Source: Bacilli bacterium (lineage in GTDB: Bacteria > Bacillota_I > Bacilli_A > RF39 > UBA660). From it: a DNA stretch of 64,000 nucleotides. Positions 29,280 to 38,751 of the stretch are shown one piece after another. Under the pieces are notes generated by a model. The model saw only the letters and a list, made by a program, of their open reading frames with translations. It did no database searches and was not told the DNA's origin. The first letter of the stretch is position 1; each line of letters starts with the position of its first letter. The stretch is taken from NCBI GenBank assembly GCA_017542065.1, contig JAFXXX010000003.1:12049-76048 (forward strand), written 5' to 3'. A program made the translations under genes and the position numbers.

Positions 29280-30413
29280 TTATGCACCTAATACTAAAGT
29301 TTTTTCTAAATCTTTAGATTTACCATTTGCAAATACATTTTTTATACCAGCTATTTTAGCAACATTGCTTCCTGCAATATGATCATTTGTGCTAGTTAAT
29401 ATTTTTATTTCTAAATCTCCTTGAGGTTTTACTTCAGTAGTATTTGCTAATGGAGTAACTTCTGCTACAGGAGTTTCAACTTTAGGAGCTTCTGCAGTTA
29501 CTTCAGGTTTAGTTCCTTCAACTTTTGCATCTTCAGCAATTGGAGTAACTTCTGCTTTTTCAACACCTTGTTCTTCAGCTTCTTTAGCTTTAGCTAATAA
29601 CTCTTCGAATGTTGGCATTACTACTTTATCATCACTTTCAATTGGTGTTACTTCTGCTTTAACTGGTTCACTAGGAGCAGCTTCCTCAGTCTTTTCTTCT
29701 TTATTTTCTGAAACTTCATTTTCTGGTAAAGAATCAACTTTAACTTCAGATAATTCAGTTACTACAGCTTTTTCAGGCTCTGGAGTTTCAACTGCTTTTT
29801 CTTCAGTTTCTTCTTTTTGTTCAGGAGCCTCTTCTTTAGTTTCTTCAGCCTCGTCTTCTTGCTTAATCTCTTGTCCTTCTCTTATAGCATCATAATTAGG
29901 ATATGCAGCAAACTCATTTGCTTCATCAGTTAATTCTAATGCTTTTTGATATATTTCATAATCTGCTGTAGATCTATACTTTTCAACTAATCTAATTTGC
30001 TCTTTAACTATAGCAACATATTTATCAGTCATCTCTCTAACCATATTTCTAGCAGATTCATCTAATGCATTCCTATCTTCTTGAAGTTTTCTTAAATCAG
30101 CATATATTTCTTCAAGTTCACTTTCCTTTATAACTGTTTTTTCATCTAATTCTCTAAGTTCTGCAAGTTTTAAAGCAACTTGATTAATATGTTGAGCATT
30201 ATTTATAATTCCAATTTTATCACTTAGATCTTTTCTTTCTGCTTGAACTGCTGATACTTCATCTTCTTTTTCTTTAGCATCTTGTTCTTTAGATGCAATA
30301 GCATCGTCTAATTCTCTAACAGCAAGAACATCTGGGATAGCGTCTTTTTTAATATATACAGGAGAGTTTTCATCAATAATTTCTAAATTTTCTTCATCTA
30401 ATATTGCTTCCAT
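29280..30413 (-). CDS. Acidic E/K/T-rich repeat protein (hypothetical)
   Basis: Long ORF with N-terminal coiled-coil-like and C-terminal low-complexity regions. Recurring AEVTP(I/L) and EPEKAVVTEL motifs are shared with ORFs 35010 and 35704. Confidence 0.5.
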   Translation of the reverse strand: MEAILDEENLEIIDENSPVYIKKDAIPDVLAVRELDDAIASKEQDAKEKEDEVSAVQAERKDLSDKIGIINNAQHINQVALKLAELRELDEKTVIKESELEEIYADLRKLQEDRNALDESARNMVREMTDKYVAIVKEQIRLVEKYRSTADYEIYQKALELTDEANEFAAYPNYDAIREGQEIKQEDEAEETKEEAPEQKEETEEKAVETPEPEKAVVTELSEVKVDSLPENEVSENKEEKTEEAAPSEPVKAEVTPIESDDKVVMPTFEELLAKAKEAEEQGVEKAEVTPIAEDAKVEGTKPEVTAEAPKVETPVAEVTPLANTTEVKPQGDLEIKILTSTNDHIAGSNVAKIAGIKNVFANGKSKDLEKTLVLGA

Positions 30414-30422
30414 ATTGTCCTC

Positions 30423-30731
30423 CTATTCTTTATTGGCACTAACTAATTCCTTATAACTTTCTGCAAATGCATTATAGACAGTTTTCTTTTCTGCATCATC
30501 AGTTAAATTGAATAGTTTTTCATTACCATTTTCATCGACGTCAATTCTTGCAGCCATGATAAAAACTTTCTTTTCTTCTTCAGGAACATCTCTAGTATCC
30601 TCTACATCATCAATAGAATAAATAAGATATCTCTTATCAGTCCCTTTAATTTCAAGTCTAGTTACAACTGTAGCTACAAGTTCATTTCCTTTTTCATCAA
30701 TAACTTTAAAAGTTTCTAACTCTCTATCCAT
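30423..30731 (-). CDS. DUF1292-family small acidic protein
   Basis: The pattern F.V.DE.GNE...Y..Y....D........DENGNE matches the DUF1292/UPF0473 family as I recall it. Confidence 0.6.
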   Translation of the reverse strand: MDRELETFKVIDEKGNELVATVVTRLEIKGTDKRYLIYSIDDVEDTRDVPEEEKKVFIMAARIDVDENGNEKLFNLTDDAEKKTVYNAFAESYKELVSANKE

Positions 30732-30774
30732 TTTTATTCTCCCTTATTATGACTACATTATATCATTTTTACAA

Positions 30775-30805
30775 TTAAAAAACAACCATTTTTGGTTGTT
30801 TTTAT
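30775..30805. terminator. Rho-independent (bidirectional-looking) terminator after der
   Basis: aacaacc-attttt-ggttgtt flanked by an A-run and a T-run. Confidence 0.65.
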
Positions 30806-32115
30806 TACTCATCAGATCTATTTTTAAAGTTAAATTCTATTGGAGTCCCTTCTAAATCAAAATTAGCTCTTAATTGATTCTCTAAATATCTTAAATATGA
30901 GAAGTGAATTAATCTCTTATCATTAACGAAACAATCAATTCTAATAGGAGCTACTCCTGTTTGAGTACAATAATATATCTTTAATCTTCTTCCTTTAAAT
31001 GAAGGAGGAATATTACTATCATATGCATCTCTAATAACATTATTTAATAAACTTGTTTTAAGTTCTTTTCTAGAGTTTTCGTATACTCTAATAATTTCAG
31101 GCATTAATGTATGAACTTTAGTTCCTTTTAATGCACTTAAATATACTATTGGAATGTAAGATAAGAATTGGAATTCTGCTCTTATTTTCTTTTCAAACTC
31201 TTTTTTATCAAAATCTGGTACTGCATCTATTTTATTAACTACTATAACTAGTGGTTTACCTTCATCAATAGCATAAGAAGCAATATGCTTATCATGTTCT
31301 ATTATTCCTTCTTCTGCATTAATAACTAATGCACATACATCAGATCTTACAATTGATTTCATTGCTCTAAGTAAACTATATTTTTCTACATCTTCATATA
31401 TTTTACCTTTTTTTCTCATACCAGCAGTATCAATTATAATATATTCTTTCTTATCATAATTAAATGGAGTGTCTATTGAATCTCTTGTAGTTCCTGCTTC
31501 ATCAGATACTATTACTCTTTCTTCATGAAGTATAGCATTAACAAGTGAGCTTTTACCAACATTAGGTCTACCAATAACGCAGAACTTAATCTTGTCTTCA
31601 TCCCATTCAAAATTGTCTTGTTCTTTAAAATCTGATACTACTTCTTTAAATAGATTATCAAAACCAGTACCATGTTCAGCACTTATACCAATTACTTTTT
31701 CAAATCCAAGTTCATAGAAGTCATATAAATTATCTTTAGATGCTTTAGCATCCATCTTATTAACAGCCACAATTACTTTCTTATTAGATCTATATAATAT
31801 ATTTCTAACTTCTAAGTCATTTTGGTTAATACCTTCTATACCATCAACAACAAATACAACTACATCAGCTTCATCTATAGCAAGTTCTGCTTGCATTTTG
31901 ATTTGTTCATTGAACTTTTCATTAGATAAATCTATACCACCAGTATCTATAACATTAAACTTATAATCACCATATTTACCTACTCCATAAATTCTATCTC
32001 TTGTAACACCTGGAGTATCTTCAATTATAGATATTTTCTTGCCCATAAGTCTATTAAATATAGTTGATTTACCTACATTAGGTCTACCTACTAACGCAAC
32101 AGTTGGTAACTTCAT
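30805..32115 (-). CDS. der: Ribosome-associated GTPase Der/EngA (tandem G domains + KH-like)
   Basis: Two GRPNVGKS P-loops and two DTAG/DTGG motifs. ATG at 32115, 8 nt after AGGAGG. Confidence 0.95.
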   Translation of the reverse strand: MKLPTVALVGRPNVGKSTIFNRLMGKKISIIEDTPGVTRDRIYGVGKYGDYKFNVIDTGGIDLSNEKFNEQIKMQAELAIDEADVVVFVVDGIEGINQNDLEVRNILYRSNKKVIVAVNKMDAKASKDNLYDFYELGFEKVIGISAEHGTGFDNLFKEVVSDFKEQDNFEWDEDKIKFCVIGRPNVGKSSLVNAILHEERVIVSDEAGTTRDSIDTPFNYDKKEYIIIDTAGMRKKGKIYEDVEKYSLLRAMKSIVRSDVCALVINAEEGIIEHDKHIASYAIDEGKPLVIVVNKIDAVPDFDKKEFEKKIRAEFQFLSYIPIVYLSALKGTKVHTLMPEIIRVYENSRKELKTSLLNNVIRDAYDSNIPPSFKGRRLKIYYCTQTGVAPIRIDCFVNDKRLIHFSYLRYLENQLRANFDLEGTPIEFNFKNRSDE

Positions 32116-32153
32116 TGCACTCACCTCCTTAATACTCAAAAAAAGAATAGAAA

Positions 32154-32747
32154 CTATTCTTTATTATAAACTATTTTCTCTAGTTCATTATGTATTTCAC
32201 TCTTACCAAGTTTAGTCTTAGCAGAGAATAATACCATATTATCTCCTTCAAATACATTTAATGTATTCTTAATAAGATTTAGATTTTTATCTCTATCATT
32301 TCTTGATACCTTATCTACTTTAGTCATAACTATAGTAACAGGTAATTCGTGATACTTTAAGAAATTGTACATAAGCATATCATCATTAGTTGGTTTAATT
32401 CTAAAATCTACAAGCATATATACTCTTTCTAAATTATCCCTATTTGCTAAATATTCTTCAATCATTAATCCAAATTTTTGTTGCATTTCCTTAGATACAT
32501 TTGCATATCCATAACCAGGAACGTCAACAATATAGAAATCATTATTAATACTGTAGAAATTTAATGTTTGAGTTTTACCAGGATTAGAAGATACTCTTGC
32601 GATATCTTTTCTTTCTACTATTGAGTTGATAAAACTACTCTTCCCTACATTACTTCTTCCTACTAATAAAAATTCAGGTTTCTTATCTTCTGGATATTGA
32701 CTTTGTCTAACAGCCACTATCGGCTCAGATACACTAATAATTTTCAT
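32154..32747 (-). CDS. engB: Ribosome biogenesis GTPase EngB/YsxC
   Basis: GRSNVGKSSFIN, DVPGYGYA, TKVDK motifs. Confidence 0.92.
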   Translation of the reverse strand: MKIISVSEPIVAVRQSQYPEDKKPEFLLVGRSNVGKSSFINSIVERKDIARVSSNPGKTQTLNFYSINNDFYIVDVPGYGYANVSKEMQQKFGLMIEEYLANRDNLERVYMLVDFRIKPTNDDMLMYNFLKYHELPVTIVMTKVDKVSRNDRDKNLNLIKNTLNVFEGDNMVLFSAKTKLGKSEIHNELEKIVYNKE

Positions 32748-32798
32748 ACTAATCTCCTGCGTGCAAAAATTATATCATATAATGAAAAATAAAGCAAA

Positions 32799-33755
32799 TT
32801 ACTCATTTGCTTTACTATATTTTTCACATACTTTATCTAAATCATTTATTATATTTTTAACATTAGAATCATCTTTTAATCTAGCACCTGATGCTAAGGC
32901 ATGTCCGCCTCCACCATAGTTTTCTAGAACTTTACTAATAACAGGTCCTCTACTTCTAACATTAACTTTAACTAGGTTGTTTTTAACGTCATAAGTAAAT
33001 ATAGCCCAAGCATATACTTCATTAATATTATTTAAACTATTAACTATATCTCCTGGATATGATGTATCATCACCATATTTCTTAATTATTTCATCTGTTA
33101 AGATGATATAAGCAAATCCATTCTTAGTAACAGTCATGTTTTCTTCAATATATCCTTGAAGTCTAACTTCATCTAAGTCTCTAGAATATATTTTAGAGTA
33201 TATTTCTGATGTATTAATCTTGTTTTCGGTTAATAATCTAGCAATTAATTCATATGTTTTTGGAGTTGTATAATCATATAAGAATCTTCCAGTATCAGAA
33301 ACTATTCCTGTGAAGAACTTTTCTGCTGCATCTTTTTTAACTTTTAAGTTATTTGAGTATGCAAAATCTAATATCATTTGGCATACTGATGACTCCTCTG
33401 GTTCTACCCAAGATATATCTCCAAACTTATCTATTACTGGGTGATGGTCTATTTTAATAACATATTTAAATTCATTTATATTAGTAATACCATCTATTCT
33501 TATTAGATTTGGAGTATCAAGTACAAATAATAATGCATTTGATACATCAAGATTATCTATGTTATCTAGTTTACCCATAAATTTAAACTTAGAAGCATAT
33601 ACTCCAATAGTATATACTTTCTTTTTAGGATAATTATCTAATATTAGATCTTTTAGACCTAAAGAAGAACCAAGAGCATCAGGATCAGCTCCTATATGTC
33701 TTGCGATAACAATAGTATCAAACTCCTCTATCTTTTTTAATATTTCTTTTTTCAT
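32799..33755 (-). CDS. nrnA: DHH/DHHA1 phosphoesterase (NrnA-type oligoribonuclease/pAp phosphatase)
   Basis: HIGADPDALGS, DHHP, GGGGHALASGA motifs. The ATG at 33755 avoids overlap with ackA. Confidence 0.85.
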   Translation of the reverse strand: MKKEILKKIEEFDTIVIARHIGADPDALGSSLGLKDLILDNYPKKKVYTIGVYASKFKFMGKLDNIDNLDVSNALLFVLDTPNLIRIDGITNINEFKYVIKIDHHPVIDKFGDISWVEPEESSVCQMILDFAYSNNLKVKKDAAEKFFTGIVSDTGRFLYDYTTPKTYELIARLLTENKINTSEIYSKIYSRDLDEVRLQGYIEENMTVTKNGFAYIILTDEIIKKYGDDTSYPGDIVNSLNNINEVYAWAIFTYDVKNNLVKVNVRSRGPVISKVLENYGGGGHALASGARLKDDSNVKNIINDLDKVCEKYSKANE

Positions 33756-33768
33756 TTTATTCTCTTTT

Positions 33769-34956
33769 CTATTTAGCAAATTCATAGGCATCTCTTCCAA
33801 TCATTACTTCTTCGTCTGTAGGAACTACATATACTGGAATAGATGAATCTTCAGTAGTTATTACTCCTTCATGAATATCTTTATATCCTAGAATTTCTTC
33901 GTTTGCACTATTATCTATTTTTACTCCTAAAAAGTCAAGTCTTTCTAGTATTTCTTTTCTAGTAGCAGAGTTATTTTCACCAACACCTGCGGTTAAAACA
34001 ATAGCATCTACTCCCTTTAATTCAAAATAATATTTAGCTATGTAATCTACTATTCTATCTACATACATGTTTAATGCTGTTCTAGCTAATTCTGAACCTT
34101 CATCTGCTAGTTTTCTAACATCTCTCATGTCTGATTCTCCGGTTAAACCTAGTAGTCCACTTTCTTTATTAATAACCATAGCTATATCATCTTTAGTATA
34201 TTTCTTTTTACTCATAATATATGGAATTATAGATACATCTATATCACCACATCTAGAACCCATAATTAATCCTGCATTTGGAGTAAATCCCATAGAAGTA
34301 TCTACGCATTTACCATCTTTAACAGCAGATACAGATCCACCTGATCCAATATGACATATAATTAGTTTCTTATTAGAGCCTAATTTTTCTTTCATATGTT
34401 CTGTAATATACTTATGTGATGTTCCATGAGCACCATATTTTCTAACATGATATTCAGTATACCAATCTAGTGGTAAAGCATATAAATATCTTTCTTTAGA
34501 AATAGTTTGATGGAAAGCTGTATCAAATACACATACATGTACTGCTCCTTTAATAACTTCTTTAGCAGCTTTAATACCTGTAGCAGCAGCTTTATTATGT
34601 AGTGGAGCTAAACTAGCTAAATCTAATACATCTTTAACTACTTCATCTGTAGCTATAACAGATGATTTATAATGGTCTGCTCCTTGAACTATTCTATGTC
34701 CTACAGCTTCTATTTCATCAAATGATGAAATAACATTTAATCTAATTAATTCATTCATTAATTTAGAGAAAGCATCTCTATGATCTGGTAAATCACATTT
34801 CTTTTCTCTTTTTTCTCCGTTTACTTTAATTGTATAAAAACCATCTTTAATACCAATTCTTTCAAATACTCCAGAAGCTAGTACTTTTTCTTCTGGCATT
34901 TCATAACATTTAAATTTTAAAGATGATGATCCTGCATTAACTGATAATACTTTCAT
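33769..34956 (-). CDS. ackA: Acetate kinase
   Basis: MKVLSVNAGSSSLKF, GHRIVQG, HLGSGGS-like ICHIGSGGS motifs. ATG at 34956, 7 nt after AGGAGG. Confidence 0.95.
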   Translation of the reverse strand: MKVLSVNAGSSSLKFKCYEMPEEKVLASGVFERIGIKDGFYTIKVNGEKREKKCDLPDHRDAFSKLMNELIRLNVISSFDEIEAVGHRIVQGADHYKSSVIATDEVVKDVLDLASLAPLHNKAAATGIKAAKEVIKGAVHVCVFDTAFHQTISKERYLYALPLDWYTEYHVRKYGAHGTSHKYITEHMKEKLGSNKKLIICHIGSGGSVSAVKDGKCVDTSMGFTPNAGLIMGSRCGDIDVSIIPYIMSKKKYTKDDIAMVINKESGLLGLTGESDMRDVRKLADEGSELARTALNMYVDRIVDYIAKYYFELKGVDAIVLTAGVGENNSATRKEILERLDFLGVKIDNSANEEILGYKDIHEGVITTEDSSIPVYVVPTDEEVMIGRDAYEFAK

Positions 34957-35009
34957 AAGCATACCTCCTAACCAAATTATACAATAAAAAAAACATATTT
35001 TAAATATGT

Positions 35010-35615
35010 TTATTTTAATCTTATTATTAAATTTACAATAATAACAACATATACTAGGACTACTACTCCAAGTACTATTACTTCTGCAAATCCAGCTTGC
35101 TTATTAGCTTTAGGTGTAGGTTTAGTAAATGTTAATGGTTTTTTAACCATTTTATTTGGCATAGATTGTGTTTCTACTGGAAGTTCAGTAACTACTGCTT
35201 TTTCAGGTTCTTTTTGCTCTACAACTGTATTTTCATCTACTGGAGGCATATTAAACTTAGTTAATCCAGTATTAACAAGCATATCAGGAGTTGATTGTAA
35301 TTCCTCACTTACAGGCGCAGGATTATTAATAGGTGTTACTTCTGCTACAGGAGGCACTACTACTGGTTCAACATTTTGAATAGTATTATTATTTCTAATT
35401 CTATCTATAGTAGTTCTATATTTTTCTTCATTCTTCATTTGAATTAGATCTTCATATTTTACTTCAATCTCAGGAAATTCCTTATAAACAAAGACATTAT
35501 CTTTTCTTTGTATTTTAGTGATCCAAAAATTAGCTAATGGAATATTAACTTCAGGATCTTTGGACAAACCTTCATTTATTTGTTCAACAAGTATTTCAGC
35601 TTTACTCTTATCCAT
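35010..35615 (-). CDS. Hypothetical tail-anchored protein sharing PVAEVTP / EPEKAVVTEL motifs
   Basis: C-terminal TM (GFAEVIVLGVVVLVYVVIIVNLII). Motifs and underlying near-identical 22-27-mers are shared with ORF 29280-30413. Confidence 0.5.
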   Translation of the reverse strand: MDKSKAEILVEQINEGLSKDPEVNIPLANFWITKIQRKDNVFVYKEFPEIEVKYEDLIQMKNEEKYRTTIDRIRNNNTIQNVEPVVVPPVAEVTPINNPAPVSEELQSTPDMLVNTGLTKFNMPPVDENTVVEQKEPEKAVVTELPVETQSMPNKMVKKPLTFTKPTPKANKQAGFAEVIVLGVVVLVYVVIIVNLIIRLK

Positions 35616-35703
35616 ATCTAAACACCTACTTATCTATTCTAATAATATTATATCATATTATTTCTTTATATATCAACAAAAAAATAACTAGTATTTACAC
35701 TAG

Positions 35704-36573
35704 TTATTCTTTATTTCCTTGAATTACATTTAGGATTCCATCCATCTTTTTATTAACGTTATCGATTTCTTCTTGAAGAGCAGCTTTTTCATTATTTAAA
35801 GATAAAGCTTCTTTTTGTTTTTCAAATAAATCAAACTTAGTTTTAGAAAGTTCTTCTTCAAGTTCTTCTATACGTTTTTGTTGTTTAGCATAAACATCTA
35901 ATAAAACTGGTTCAACATCCTTTTTAAATTGTTCTTCATAATCTTTATTATTAATTTTTTGATCATAAACTACAGTTTTTTCTTCAATTACTGGTTTTTT
36001 AATTTCTTCTTTAGTAACAGAATTCATAGCATCTTGAATAGTTTTTGATCTAGCTTGTAATTCTTCAAATGTAGGTATCTTGATTGTTTTTTCAAGTTTT
36101 AATTCATTTTCAGATATATTATTAACAACTGGTTCAGTTACCTTTGGTTCTACTACTGGAGCTTCTTCTTTCACTGGTTCCATAGTTTTTGGTTCAGAAG
36201 CAGTTTCTTCTCCATACTTAGAAGCAAGTGTATTAGCAAACTTTTGAGAAACTAATAGTTTCTTTGGTTTTCTAATAGAGATTTCTTCTCCTAGAACTTT
36301 AATATTAGATATAAATGTATCTCCTAGAGGACTAGAATCTTTAGCAAATACCTTTAGGGCATCTTTAACATTATTCCATTCTTCATCACTTGAGATTTCT
36401 TTATATGTATCTAATGCTATTCCAGTAACATATATTTTAATCATTTCATTTTCATTGATTTCATTATATGTATATACCAAATAGTCATTATCATTTAATT
36501 TAAATTTTATAAGTGCTCTAGCATTAACTGGAGTACCATCTTCATTTATTACATAAAATAAATTTTCATTCAT
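35704..36573 (-). CDS. DUF1292-like N-domain protein with a coiled-coil C-terminus
   Basis: The N-terminus FYVINEDGTPV...DYLVYTY is DUF1292-like. IPTFEELQARSK parallels MPTFEELLAKAK of ORF 29280. C-terminal heptad-like region. Confidence 0.5.
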   Translation of the reverse strand: MNENLFYVINEDGTPVNARALIKFKLNDNDYLVYTYNEINENEMIKIYVTGIALDTYKEISSDEEWNNVKDALKVFAKDSSPLGDTFISNIKVLGEEISIRKPKKLLVSQKFANTLASKYGEETASEPKTMEPVKEEAPVVEPKVTEPVVNNISENELKLEKTIKIPTFEELQARSKTIQDAMNSVTKEEIKKPVIEEKTVVYDQKINNKDYEEQFKKDVEPVLLDVYAKQQKRIEELEEELSKTKFDLFEKQKEALSLNNEKAALQEEIDNVNKKMDGILNVIQGNKE

Positions 36574-36610
36574 TTATTAACACCTACCTACTATATAAAT
36601 TATAACATGT

Positions 36611-36883
36611 TTACATTTTTTTAGCAATAAAATATTTGCATCCATAAGCGCAGTTCTCTTCGATATATTTATCGACTTTACTAAACTTATTTATGTTAGA
36701 TGCTTTATTATTTTTATCATCATAAAAACCTTTTAATCTAAGTTTACCGTAAGCATAATCTCCGACAATATAATCATAGATTTCAAAAAAGTCAGTATAT
36801 CTATTTAAGAACTCTTCTTTATCAAAAGCATCTCTATAATCTTTAATTATTTCATATTCATATTTTTCTGTTTTTACTTTCAT
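36611..36883 (-). CDS. YutD-like protein (DUF1027)
   Basis: YEYEIIKDYRDAFDKEEF..RY.D....YDYIVGDYAYGKLRLKGF closely parallels B. subtilis YutD. Confidence 0.75.
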   Translation of the reverse strand: MKVKTEKYEYEIIKDYRDAFDKEEFLNRYTDFFEIYDYIVGDYAYGKLRLKGFYDDKNNKASNINKFSKVDKYIEENCAYGCKYFIAKKM

Positions 36884-36925
36884 GTTTATCACCAATTTAA
36901 TTATAACAAAAAAATAGTCAAATGA

Positions 36926-37669
36926 CTATTTTAAAATATATTTCCAAATAAAGAATGCTGCAGCAGCTATAAATAATAATACAAATACTATTATTAATAC
37001 TTTAGCTAAAGTATTTGATTTCTTCATTTCTTCTGCTTCATCTTGAACCATTTCATCATCAAAGTCTTTAGTATCAAACATAAATGTACTTGAATTATAT
37101 GTTCCTGATTTATCATCTATTTGTTTAACTTCTACTGTATTACCTTTAACTGCATCATCAGTTAAATCACTAAACATAGACATAGCTAGATCTTCTTTAG
37201 TAGCGTTAGTTAAAGTATTCATAAGTTCAAGAAGTTCTGTTTCTTCATGAAGTAATTTATCATAAGCATCTTTTGTTTTTTCTAATTCTTTTTCTATATC
37301 TATATGACTATAAAACTTACTTTGAATCTTTCTTCTTTCATTAGCATCTTCAAATATATCACGACTGCTTTTAGCACTCTTTAAAACCTCGTTTATATCA
37401 TATACCCTATCTATATCAGCTGATGTAGAAATGTTCTCTAAATCGGCATATAAATCACTTGTAGGATTATATTTCTTCTTATCTTGATATTTCTTTTCGT
37501 TTTCCAAGATTTCTCTAATCTTATCTATATCTATAGTTTTAGAATCATCTAAAACAACAGAATTAGAATAACTAGTATCACTATATAAATCCTCATATAA
37601 TTGTTTATTTCTTGATTGTCTACTACTAGTAGTAGCATTACTTGAATATTTCTCAACTCTAGAACTCAT
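36926..37669 (-). CDS. Hypothetical tail-anchored membrane protein
   Basis: C-terminal TM (LAKVLIIVFVLLFIAAAAFFIW). Confidence 0.45.
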   Translation of the reverse strand: MSSRVEKYSSNATTSSRQSRNKQLYEDLYSDTSYSNSVVLDDSKTIDIDKIREILENEKKYQDKKKYNPTSDLYADLENISTSADIDRVYDINEVLKSAKSSRDIFEDANERRKIQSKFYSHIDIEKELEKTKDAYDKLLHEETELLELMNTLTNATKEDLAMSMFSDLTDDAVKGNTVEVKQIDDKSGTYNSSTFMFDTKDFDDEMVQDEAEEMKKSNTLAKVLIIVFVLLFIAAAAFFIWKYILK

Positions 37670-37765
37670 ATAATCACCTACTTTACTATATAAATAATAA
37701 CATATTTTTTAATTATTTACAAATGAGTTTTAATTGATTATAATTTGATTAAAGGAGATAAAAAA

Positions 37766-37975
37766 ATGAAATTAAAAGTAGATAATAATAAATGTTTAAA
37801 ATGTGGAATGTGTCATGCTAATTTCCCAGATGTATTTGAATTTAACGATGAAGGAGATATCGAAGTTAAAAACGAAAATATAACTGAAGAAAACAAAGAA
37901 GAAATAGAAGAATTCAAGAACGTATGTCCTGGAGTTGCTATTGAAGAAGTAAAGGAAGAAAAAAAAGAAGATTAA
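37766..37975 (+). CDS. Small 4Fe-4S ferredoxin
   Basis: CLKCGMC...CPGVAIE cluster ligands. ATG 7 nt after AGGAGA. Confidence 0.8.
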   Translation: MKLKVDNNKCLKCGMCHANFPDVFEFNDEGDIEVKNENITEENKEEIEEFKNVCPGVAIEEVKEEKKED

Positions 37976-38697
37976 TTATCTTCTTTTTTTATTAACTGTA
38001 ATAATTCATTAATTTCTTGTTTAGATAAAGGCCTATATTCTCCAGATCTAAGATTACCAAGTCTAAGTGTTCCATAAGCTATTCTAGTTAGTTTTAATGT
38101 ATCATAACCAAGTTTTTCAAATAGTTTTCTAACCTCATGATTTCTACCTTCATGAATAGATATTTCTACTAGGCATCTATTTGTTTTCTTATCTATTTCT
38201 TTTATTTTAACTCTATCAGGAGTACATTTAACTCCATCAATAACTAAACCTTTAAGTAATCTTTCACTATCTTCTTTAGTTAAAATAGAATCTAATTTAG
38301 CTAAATAAGTCTTAGTAATATTATTACTTGGTTTCATCATTTTATTAGCGAAATCACCATCATTAGTAAGTAATATTAAACCTGTTGTATCATAGTCTAA
38401 TCTACCAATAGGATAAATTCTCTTATCAGTTTCTATATAATCTACAACAGTCTTTCTTCCTTTATCATCAGATGCTGATGATATAACTTCTCTTGGTTTA
38501 TTAAGCATATAATATTCTTTCTCTTCATAAGAAATAGAATGACCTTCTACTATAATAATATCTTTAGGATCTACTTTAGTTCCAAGTTCAGTTACTACAT
38601 CTCCATTAACTATTACTTTACCGTTTATAATTAATTCTTCTGCTTTTCTTCTAGAAGCATATCCAGAAGCAGCAATAACTTTTTGTAATCTTTCCAT
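37972..38697 (-). CDS. RsuA/RluB-family pseudouridine synthase with S4 domain
   Basis: S4-like N-terminus (RLQKVIAASGYASRRKAEELI) and catalytic GRLDYDTTGLILLTNDG. Confidence 0.88.
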   Translation of the reverse strand: MERLQKVIAASGYASRRKAEELIINGKVIVNGDVVTELGTKVDPKDIIIVEGHSISYEEKEYYMLNKPREVISSASDDKGRKTVVDYIETDKRIYPIGRLDYDTTGLILLTNDGDFANKMMKPSNNITKTYLAKLDSILTKEDSERLLKGLVIDGVKCTPDRVKIKEIDKKTNRCLVEISIHEGRNHEVRKLFEKLGYDTLKLTRIAYGTLRLGNLRSGEYRPLSKQEINELLQLIKKEDN

Positions 38698-38751
38698 AGA
38701 ATATTCCCCTTTGCGATAAAGATTATAACATATAAATAAAAAAAAGAGAAA

